Below, one piece after another: positions 11,264 to 21,400 of a DNA stretch of 41,453 nt; within the stretch, counting starts at the first letter, position 1; each line of letters starts with the position of its first letter. The position numbers and the translations under genes are program-made. Origin of the DNA: Cyanophora paradoxa CCMP329 (taxonomy: Eukaryota > Plantae > Glaucophyta); the NCBI GenBank assembly GCA_004431415.1, contig QPMI01000440.1:1-41453 (forward strand), read 5' to 3'. The notes under the pieces were generated by a model. That model made no database searches. It was not told the origin of the DNA and was given only the letters and a program-made list of their open reading frames with translations.

Positions 11264-14200
11264 ATGAGTTTCAATTACCCAGCAAACCTGCAAACCATTC
11301 CCTCATCAGGAAGAGGGAAGGCAGATAACAAACATGTAAATTTCGATAACTTGACAGCCAGAGGGTCAATCTCAATTGACCACAGTGCAGATGAACCCTC
11401 AAAGACTCACCCAAGAATGCATGCACTTTCAATAAACGAAATGGATCCCGAAAAAGAGGATGTGAGTGTTGCTTTCAGCATGGGAAATGTGAAATCGAAT
11501 CAGGTAGCCCAGATTAAAGCAACCAGGAGCAGACCAAGAAAACTGAAAACCAGTGGAACCCATCCAGATATTCCAACTCGATTCGATAGTGGTAGGTTAA
11601 TATTCAATGTTCAAAATGAGAAGGGTGGGCATCAGAGTGGTTTAAGAATCTATAATGAAGGATCAAATGCAATTGCACAAATTCCCGAAATATTACAGAT
11701 AGCCCCCCATGGAGAAACCAACAAAATCGAGTTCACTAACAATGTTTATCCAAGGGATATTGTGGCGAATTCGGCTTCTAATGCACAATTCGGTTTCCAA
11801 CTACCTGGTGATACAGCAAAGAATAAGGCGTCTATCACTGTCAACAGTAGCCCCACTCAACCAGTAACAGTTCATTTACACCCAGACCTTGTCGAAATGG
11901 ATAGGCACCTTTTACCTTTGGTCACCAACACCAAAGATCTTGGTATCAGAACCAGGCAATGGCGAAATATCCATGGAAGCAATGTGTATGCAAATGGTGA
12001 GAAACTGGTAAGTGAGAAGACCATAAGAGAGATCTTTGAATATTATGGACCTAATGGACCTGTCCCAGTTCCCTTTCCTCTTCCATGGGATCCACCAGAT
12101 TTAACACCCAAAAAGCAACCAGGAAGAGAGTATACAGCAGATGAGACAGTTCCCTTTGGGCAGCACATTGTGAGTTGGGAGCAGGTTCGAAATAAACCGA
12201 TAATTGAACCAAGAAAGCAAATTGATGAGCAATATTTACCTCCCGAAATCGATATATTGGAGCTTGATGATTACTACTTCGTCCCAGATGAGGAGGAATA
12301 CCTACCAGACGGTTTTGACCCACAGGAATATGAGTATGATCAATATGACCCAATGAGGAAGAGTATTTACCAGATGGTTTAGATCCACAAGAGTATGAAT
12401 ATGAGCAGAATTATGAACCCCATGAGGAATATTTAGCAGATGGTCTCGAACCACCAGTTGTGGATTATGAGCAACCATATGAACCCATGAAGAATTATTA
12501 CCAGATGGATTTCGCCCAGAGATTTGGGAATTCTTCCCAGATTGGGAGCAGATCAACAATAAACCAGCCAGATTTCCACCAGAGGATCACAACCATGACT
12601 GGGATGAGATATTAGGTAAACCAGACAAATTCCACCAGAGGATCACAGGCATGACTGGGGTGATATTGATGGAAAACCAGAAGAGTTTCCACCAGAAGAT
12701 CACAGACATAAATGGAGCGAAATAGATGAACAACCAAAATTCGCATCAGCAGGTGATGATTTCGACACCTTACATGGTGTTACTCTCTACCAAAGTAATA
12801 TCATACCAGAGAGATTAAGATTAGATGAATATTACCTGAATCTCAAAGGAATAGATGCAGGAACCAAATGCAGGGTGAATTATACATCAGACCCCTACAA
12901 GGATGCAGATAATTGCAGCAGGCGGAAATTTCGGTTTGATGGACACCAAACCAGGTATCTATTTAACCAGTTACTATGCAGATGACATCCCAATGACAGG
13001 AGGATTGATCTCTCTACCATCTGATCCAGCAAACTATGATGACAAAGATGCAGCAATCCAAATTAATGTAACTGATGTTAGTGACTTAGATAGTTCAAGA
13101 CCCAAATTAATATTCAGCAGAGAGAGATTGTTACCCAATGCTCTCATTGGAAATCGAGATGACTACAAGAGATGCGAAATCTCATGGATAAAAACGAATT
13201 ATAATGGTGGAGTTGGTGAGGGAGTTTTAGAAATCAATCAAAGGGCAGCAGCAAAGAATATTCACAATGAGACCATATCAAGAGTGGTAACAGAGGATTA
13301 CCTTCAAGCCCAAAACTACATAGATGAAACAGAACTGAATACAATTATTGCAGGTATTAATATTGGTGTGACAGGTGATTACCTCCTCTCACAGGTGGAA
13401 TAATTGATGGAACAGTGACAGCATGTAACTTCTTTGTCCACACTGAAAGTAATCAAACCTTCCCAGTTGTACATCCAGGAGGTGAGTATGAGATCCCAGA
13501 TGATCCAGCTATTATGCCCATTAAGATTGACCTACCTTCTGATTATGTTGGAAGGGGTGAACTGAAAACGATCTCTTTCACAGGAGATTATAATGATCTC
13601 CTCAATAAACCCACCCCATCCAATTTACACCCTGTTGCATACTCAGGTAGTTTCCTTGATCTGAATAATAGATCACACACCCACACAAAGGCAGAAATTA
13701 TAGATTTTGCACACACTCACACCAAATCCCAGATAACAGATTTTGCTCACTTCCACACCAGAGCAGATATCACGAATTTCGCTCACACTCATTTTAAATC
13801 TGAAATCACAGATTTCGCACACACTCACACAAAGTCACAGATAACAGATTTGCACACACTCACACCAAAGGAGAGATTACAGACTTTGCTCACACCCATG
13901 TAAAGAGTGAGATAACAGATTTTGCACACACTCACACCAAAGGTGAGATTACAGACTTTGCTCATACTCATACTAAGTCTCAAATTACAGATTTTGCTCA
14001 CACACACCTTTGGGGAGATATTACAGATCGACCTACTCTTGATCCATTCACAGCAACCACTATTAGAGCCAACAACACGATGTATGTAGGATCAGGTCAG
14101 ATTGTAGAACCAGCAGGACCTATGTTTGAAGAAACATGGTTCTTCCACAATTCGCAGAATTACTTTGATAAAACCTTACTTGTTCGTGGAAATGCATATG

Positions 14201-14594
14201 CAAGGAATTTCTATGCTATGAACCCTCAAATAATGCGACCATCAGTCGATGCATTACAGAAGCAGATCTTTCCAGTCAACTCAATGCATATTTTAATGGG
14301 AAAATTCAAGCAGGTAAGTATGTTTACACTACTCCTGTTTTAAATTACAATAATCTATATGTGTTCAATCTTACTATCTATTTTACCAATGCCTTTGCTT
14401 CTCCTCCTGTTGTTACAGCAACTGTAAGGCATGAAGGACAAGAACCAAATTATCAAGTAACTCCCGTCATTTTTACTGTGAACCTGTTGAATGTTTACAG
14501 TAACTATTTCACTTGTGAACTTTTCACTGATCCATATGCAATGAATAATTCATCCAAAACTGTAACAATCCATTACATTGCTGTCGCAATTTAA
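11264..14594 (+). CDS. Large phage-tail-fibre-like protein (probably one ~1100-aa ORF, possibly two; frameshifted)
   Basis: LLPLVTNTKDLGIRTRQWRNI motif; acidic EEYLPDG repeats; WxxIxxKP/FPPEDHxHDW repeats; FTGDYNDLLNKP and VAYSGSFLDL; HTHTKSQITDFA repeats; C-terminal FTNAFASPPVV H-lectin/gp53-like head. Confidence 0.7.
13672..14030 (+). repeat. 33-bp coding tandem repeat (HTHTKxxITDFA), about 10 units
   Basis: Repeated GATTTTGCACACACTCACACCAAA-type units; inverted copy at ~41155-41453. Confidence 0.9.
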
Positions 14595-14613
14595 CTATTT
14601 GATTAATATAAAG

Positions 14614-15680
14614 ATGACCTCTCTATTAGAAATCCCAAACTATGAACTTGCAGCCAAATCACTGCACAGCACCTCTCATGGAGTAGTTGATTCAACCCCT
14701 GGGTATATTTGTACTGAAACTTCAAGTAATACCTCTTTCACAGAGAATAATATACTCAGAGTCAAAGAAATTCGATGTGATAGGAATGGAGGCAAGATAA
14801 GAACCACAGGAATTATTATCTCGAATAAAAATCAGGTTCAAGCAGGTCAAGTAGTCCAGATTCAGCAATATATGATAATGTAGGTGGATTTACCACAGCA
14901 CAGATAGTTTCTTTTGGTAACACAAGTAATACTTCCGCTCTTGTAGTCAAGAGTGGAGGAGCATACTTTGGAGAGGCATTAAAGGTGAATGGAACAGTAA
15001 CAGCATCCATACTAAATGCTGGAAGTGGAATGTTTGAGAGTCCAATAAATTTTGAGGGTGGATATAATGCGAGTAGTTTTTCAGTTGGTGTTGGTGTCTT
15101 TTCCACAATGTTAAACACACCTGAAATTGAATCATCGAATGCACTCAATATCAAGAGAAATGCAGTGGTTACAGCAACCATAAACAATGTTTCCCCTTCA
15201 ATAAATCTAATTAAATATCTGAAAGCTCCTCACCCTCGGTTTTGTATTGTAAATTATTCAACATCAGCAGTTACTGTGGGAACCACATCAACAGCAAGAA
15301 GATTCGCTTTTAACAGAACTCTTGTGGATGCAAGCAATAATATCACATTATCCACAGGCACCTTTACAGCACCTGTGTCCGGAATTTATAGATTCTTCTT
15401 CATTGTTCAAATGTCAACAGCTTCATCAACAGGGGAGTGTAGAGTTGCATTTAGAAAGAATGATTTGGCTCTTTCCCCTCAATCGGTTCAAGAATTTTCA
15501 ACTTACAATGGAAGGCGAAGTGTTCATATGGAGGCTTCTTTTGCTGTATATGCGAACGAATTTGTGAATGTTATACAAACCTGGACATCGTCCATGCAAT
15601 ATGATGCTACAATACAAGGTATTACCTGTTTTGGGGGCATCTCATCAGTAGATTATAAACTTTTTGTTGGGAATTTATAG
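14614..15680 (+). CDS. Fibre/adhesin paralog 1, C1q/TNF-like head
   Basis: Shared N-terminal block (CTE..F..N.I.R.KEIRCDRN.GKIRTT); C1q signature FN..GTFTAPVSGIYRF. Confidence 0.78.
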
Positions 15681-16701
15681 ATGGCTACCCAAATTGCAGT
15701 TCCTGTTTTCTGTTATGCAGCACCTAAATTGCATCAACTGAACCACACAGTTACAGATGCTATTCCCGGGTTTATTTGCACAGAAACCACAGGAGCAGAT
15801 TCGTTTACTCAAAATTCGATTATCAGATGCAAGGAGATTCGATGTGATAGAAATGCTGGAAAAATAAGAACCACACAATTAATCGTAAGTAACAAGAATC
15901 AGGTGTTAACAGGTGGTGTAGTTGCTGATGCAGCTATTTATGATGATGCAGGTGGGTGACCACACCACAGATTGTTACTTTTGATGGGACAGAAAATAAT
16001 GCAGCACTTGTAGTTAAATCAGGTGGAGCATGGATAGGTTCGGGAGCTTTTGTGAATGGAACACTCTCAGCTGCAAACGTCTCAATTTCAGGCCAAACGA
16101 CATTTACAGGTGTTGTGAATGCAAATGGTGGTCTTTTTGTTCCTACTTATACAGTCCTGTGATGACCACAACCACAAAGATTCAAACACCTGAAATAGAT
16201 ACAGGAGCAAATGTAGATCTCATTCTGAAACGCAATAGCACAGAAGTCGCACGAATTGATGCAGGGGGTCTTACAATCGCAGCAAACTTTTATTTGAAGC
16301 AAGAAACCCAACCTCGATTTTGTGTTGGGTTTGGTGTAGCAACAAGAAGTGGAGTATATGGGCGTCTTACTAATTGGTTGCATGAATTCTTTGATAATAC
16401 CAACTCATTTGATGTAGTAGAAGGGAAATTCACAGCGCCTATAAGTGGAGATTATAGATTCTCTCTTAATTCTTATAGTATTGTTACCTCATCTGTGAGT
16501 GTAGATCTGAAAGTAAATGATCAGAATGTTTCAACAGAATTCAATTTCAGGGTAAACAACTCACAAACAGTAACCAACAAAACAATCATTTTGAGCGCAA
16601 TACTCAGACTTGGAGCCGGGGATAATGTCTCTATTTATGCTGTTGATACTTCCATTTCAGAATTCACAACGTTTAGTGGCGAATTGCTGAGCATAATTTA
16701 A
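15681..16701 (+). CDS. Fibre/adhesin paralog 2, C1q/TNF-like head
   Basis: Same N-terminal block; C1q signature NSFD..GKFTAPISGDYRFS..LRLGAGDNVSIY..TTFSGELL. Confidence 0.8.
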
Positions 16702-16720
16702 TTTCTACAAGTAGTTTAGA

Positions 16721-16983
16721 ATGTCGAATATATACCAAGTAGTTCTGACTGATACCGAAAAGTTGGAATGGAATATTGCGCTGCTTCTGTTCAGGACTGG
16801 ATTGATAATGCTGCCCACAACAGGGCAAGAATCGCAATTGATGAGATTGTTCAGAAAGAGATCCAATCTTGCATCTCATCAGGAGTTCAGATACCAACCT
16901 CAAAGGAAGCGATTGTATTACAGGCATTCCAAAGGGGAACTGTAAAGAAAGGCATCGAGTATAACAATGTCACAGAAGAGTAG
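16721..16983 (+). CDS. Small helical fibre-associated protein (87 aa once one frameshift is corrected)
   Basis: MSNIYQV..MEYCAASVQDWIDNAAHNRARIAIDEIV; copies A and B have complementary indels. From memory it resembles small phage proteins next to fibre genes (unverified). Confidence 0.6.
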
Positions 16984-17021
16984 TGTACATTATTTTTCTT
17001 TCCTTCTTAGTAAAAGAAGCA

Positions 17022-17863
17022 ATGGGTGAATATAATCGAGTTCAACTTCCAATATATTCCCTTGGATCCCTGCTATGCACTTTCGCCAGCATGAAGTTAA
17101 TGATGAGGTTCGTGGTTTAGAATCCACAGAGAGACCCAATTCCAATGGTAACTCTTTTGATAAGAATTCGATTATTCGAGTTAAAGAACTGAGAGCAGAC
17201 AAGAATTCGGTGTGGTTAAAACAACTCGACTCCTTGTCTCAAATGCGAACTTCTTCCAACCCACTAATGGAGGTCCTGATGCTTACAGTGTAGACCTGAA
17301 AGCCCTCGATTTTGACAAGAATTCTGCTGCTGTAACTGTGAGATCAGGTGGAGCATTTATTGGTGGTGGTTGCAGAGTTTCAGGTCAACTCTCCTCATCA
17401 ATTGCATACAATGATGTCCCAGATACTCTTGAACAGAATGTTGAAGACCCACAACGAATTCGATTATATATACCAGTTGCACAACAGCCAATTATTCAAT
17501 TTTACCAAGGTTATACTGTCACACTTGAAAACTCTGAATTGATTGAAGGAACCAAAAGAGTAATGAGAGGGCTGGTCATTCCTTCTGCAATGCTTTCTTT
17601 ATGTAGAGCCAACAATAACCAGCCAGGTCACAGATACAATTTCAGTGTTCAAGGATATGATCATTTCGGCACAGGGTTCTGTGTTTATAATAACAATTTC
17701 ACCTATGATCTGTTTGTTACAGATATTGGAAAATATACAATTACAGTTATGGGTATCAGAACAGATATAGCTGCTGTCTCAGCTCTAAGAGGTGTTACTC
17801 CTGATACTCTTTCTCAACAGGGTTTTACCAGGAACCAGATGTGATTGATAACCCAACCCATAA
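17022..17863 (+). CDS. Fibre/adhesin paralog 3 (non-C1q C-terminus)
   Basis: N-terminal block STE..SFDKNSIIRVKELRADKNSGVVKTTRLLV; AVTVRSGGAFIGGG shaft motif. Confidence 0.72.
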
Positions 17864-17917
17864 ATTATATATTACTTTAATGTAAAATGGCTGCCCCAGT
17901 AGAGCGAATTATTACAC
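17713..17917 (+). repeat. Left copy of ~206-bp target site duplication
   Basis: Matches 29871-30077 except two homopolymer indels; present once at the empty site in copy B (37260-37466). Confidence 0.92.
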
Positions 17918-17960
17918 TTTTTTTTTTTTTCAGTAATCCCTAGTGTATTAGGGGACTGGT
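17918..17960 (-). other. LINE 3' end: poly(A) preceded by a short stem-loop
   Basis: Minus strand reads CAGTCCCCTAATACACTAGGGATTACTG-A13; CAGT/ACTG and CCCTA/TAGGG can pair. Confidence 0.55.
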
Positions 17961-18446
17961 GCCCCAAGTTGACAAACAGCTAATGCTATCTGCCTACCCT
18001 AGGCCTAAGCCTACAAACACACGACAAGTCTAGCTTACCTCCCCCCTATTGGGTCTCCAGCTAGACTAACCCCGAGGGAATCTCCCTACTGCGAGCCCTA
18101 CCCCCTAAGGCCACTCTTGCGGCCCTCGGTGGGGCCTCCCCCAGCGGCCGCGCGAGCGCGGCCATTGGGGGGTGGGGTTGGGGTGGGGAGCTGGGCCGGA
18201 GAGTTTATTGGGGCAGGGCCCCGGAGGATTTAATTGCGCACCGCCTCTGCGGTGCGAGCGCCGCCGGGCGCGGGCCCCCGGGGAGGGTTGGGGCCCCCAT
18301 CCGGCGGCGGGTCCCGCCCTGCAGGCTGCCAGCGGCGTGGCAGCCTGCACCTGCGCGGGCGGGACCGGACCTGGCGCAGGCAGGCAGGCCACGCCCGAGG
18401 GGCCTGCTCTCCTCCAGGAGTGGGCCTCTCAAGCGCGAGCGTGGCG

Positions 18447-21400
18447 TCAGCCCGGCGCGCGCGGGCAGGGAGTGCACACTTTGGGCTCAGGGTCTGTAGC
18501 CCAGCGGGGAGAGGCGAAGATGAGGAGGGACTGGATGAGGTCGCCGCGGTGGAGCAGGGGTGGTACTTGGGGGCAGAGAAGGGGTACGGGGCTCGGTGGA
18601 GGCGGCGGTGACGGCCCAGGGGTGTAGGCAGAGGGGACATCGGTCTGGGGGCGGGAGTGCCTCGGGGTGGAGCTGGCGCGCGCGGGCGGAAAACTCGAAT
18701 GGGGGCGGTGGTGCGGGGACCGAGGGCGGTGCCGGCGGTGGTGGGGGGCCCGGCGGCGGGGGCGCGGGCTGGCGGGGCGGGGGCCGGTCTTGCGGTTCGA
18801 CGGGTGACGGCGGTGTGGGGGGTCAGAGAGGCTCGCCGAGGCGGGGGAGTCCGGGGGGGGGCGGTCCTGTGGATCAGGGGCTGGGACAGCCGGACCTGCA
18901 CGTCGGGCTCCGCGGTCTCCACGTGCAAGAAGATTGTTGCGGGCGGAGGTGAAGCCGGCCGAGTCACGGAGGGCGGCCAGCTCACGCTCGCGGCGCGTGA
19001 GGCGGCGGGGTAGCGGGGCTGGGCTGCGGGGAGGGGGAGGAGGCTGGGGGGTGTGGGGGGGAGGGGGCTGGGGGGGAAGGGGGGGGGAGACGGGGCCGGG
19101 GGACGGTGGAGGGGCCGGTCGGGCGGGCGAGGGGGAGGGGGCCGGGGGTGGCGGAGGGTCCGCTGGGGGCGGGGGCGGCGGGGAGTCCGGAGGGGGAGGG
19201 GGCAGTTGCGAGTCGGGGCCGGGGAGAACGGGGGAGAGACCGACCGCGGACCGGAAGTAGGATTGGAGGGGGCGCATCGCCACGGTCGTCCCTCTGCCGC
19301 GGCCTTTGCCGCGGCCCTTACCGGGTCGAGCTGTGCCGGCACCTAGTCGGGAGGAAGGGCCTGTCGCCTCCGGTCGGCCTGTCGGAGGTGGGCGAGGCGA
19401 GGCGGGGGGCGGGGCGGGGCGTGGGGGGGGCGGGGGGTCCGGGGCTCGCGGCGGCGGGGGTGGAGCCGGAGCCGGAGGGGGCTGGGGCGGACCTCTGGGG
19501 CCGGGTCCGGGTGCTGGGGGCCGTTGGCTTGTGGCTAGGATTCGGGTGAGGATGAGGCTGCGCCAGTGGGCGCAGCACCGGCTGCTGCCATCGAAGGGCG
19601 AGTTGGGGTCCGTGAGCGCGTCTTCTTGGCCCGGACCAGGGCGTCTGCCAGGGCACAGACAATTACACCGCAGCTGAAGCGGTCCCGTTGTTCGGGGATG
19701 GGGTACCTGGTGGCCGATGCAAGCGGCCAGGCGGTGGGGTCGTCTGAGGGGAGGTTGCGTTCCCGGCGCTCGAGCTGGAGCCAGCGGAGAATCGGGGCCA
19801 GCTTCTCTCGAGCCGACTCTGCGTTTGGCAGGTTGTAGGCATCATAGAGTTCGGCTCGACGGTCACGTACGTGGATCGCAGCGAAGGTCCAGTGGCCCGG
19901 TGAGTGGATCGGGAAGAGCAGAACATCGAAGTCGAACGGGCTGACCCGCGGGCTACCAGCTTGTTGTGAAGGCGCTGGGGGCCTCGGCCTGGCGCGGAGA
20001 GGTTAGGGTACTCAAGCGAGTCAAAGATTAGTGGACGGCGGGCCAGGGCAGGGAGTTGGGCGAGGAGGGCGAGGTAGAAGACAACGGTCTCGTCGTCTAA
20101 CCAGGTCTCACCATTGAGCCGACTGAGAGATCTCCTCGTGACGTTGATGCTGCCCGAGGTACCGAGCAGCGGCGAGGAGATCTGTCGGAGTACTTCCTGC
20201 GCAGGCTTTAGCGGGCCGGGTCGGGTCTGTGCCCACGCTAGGCGGACCTCTTCGGACGGCGGCAGGGGGGGCCACGGGCTGGGCTGCGGGCGGGTCGGGG
20301 CCGCGGGCAAGGGTGAGTGCCGGGGCTCCGGCGGGTGAGGCGCTGGGGGGCTCAGGGGGGGTGGAGGGTTAAGCTGGGGGGCTGAGCTCACGGGAGGGGC
20401 GTCCGATCGCGAGGTTGCTTTGAGGTTCGTGGGCGGGCTGTGCGGGCTGTCTGCGGCGACATTCATCAGGTCATGGGCGTCGGGCGGGGAGGGCGGGCAA
20501 GCTGGACGGTCTGTGCTCGACCGGCCTACTGCTGAGTGCGCATCGCGCGCTGGCGCTGCCGTCGGCTGGAGACGGGCGCGTTCCGGTACGCTTGGGGGTA
20601 CCGGAATACTACTGACCGGCACTACGGGTGCGGGCTGCGGGTTCGGGTCCGGCTGGGGGCGTGTCTCCCGGGCGCGGCGGCTTCTTCGGCGGGCCGCGGG
20701 GTCTGTTGCTGGCGGGGGTCGAGGCGCCGTCAGAGTCCGACGCGTGAGGCCACAGCGGCGCTGCCAGGCTTGGACGTCCGAGTTTCGCGCCTGCCAAATC
20801 TCCTGGAGCCCAGTCACAAGTACATCAAAGATCCCGTTCGCGCATTTCCGAGCAGCGGGGGCGCGGACATGAAGGTACTCGAGGGCCGGGACCAGACTGC
20901 GGGGGAGGAGCAGCCGGACGGACAGGCGGGGCGAGTCGTGCGAGAGGTCGGTGAAAAGGGCCTGTCCGTGAGTCAGCCAGCGGGAGGGGGAGCCGTAGAG
21001 ACAGGCACGGAGGTGGGGGGTACAGGCCCGGGTCGCGAGCGTTCGTGCACGGTCTGACGCCAGCGGCGTTCGTCAGCGAGGGCGAAGGCGGGAAATAGGT
21101 CGCGGAGGAACAGGCCGTCCGACTTCAGGCCGTCCGGGAGCTCGTACCTCGTTGCGGCCGACTTTAGTCTCTGCGTGGTGATCGTTGTGTGGAGGAGGTT
21201 GTAAATCTTGGATTGCATAGCGAGCCGGGCCGCTTGCGATGCCAAACAAAGGCCGAAGGCGTGGTCGTGGGTCTCGGGTTGACTCGCGCTGTGGAGCGCC
21301 GGCGGGGGGTCGCGGTCTGCGGTTGCGGCGGCTCCTGGGTCGCGCCTCGGTGCCCAGGGGGGTGCCGGGATGGGGCCGCCGGAGGCGTCGGCGACGCGAG

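Noticed and set aside
11264-12382. Candidate major or minor capsid protein
   Set aside because: No recognisable jelly-roll capsid motifs; contains fibre-type motifs and runs into fibre repeats. A structure search would be needed to exclude it fully.
503-17863. Programmed frameshifting or wholesale pseudogenisation
   Set aside because: Breaks are mostly single-base indels in homopolymers and often fall at different places in the duplicate copies (e.g. GAACC-ACT vs GAACCCACT; AAGTTGG-AAT vs AAGTTGGGAAT). This points to long-read error; polishing is needed to confirm.
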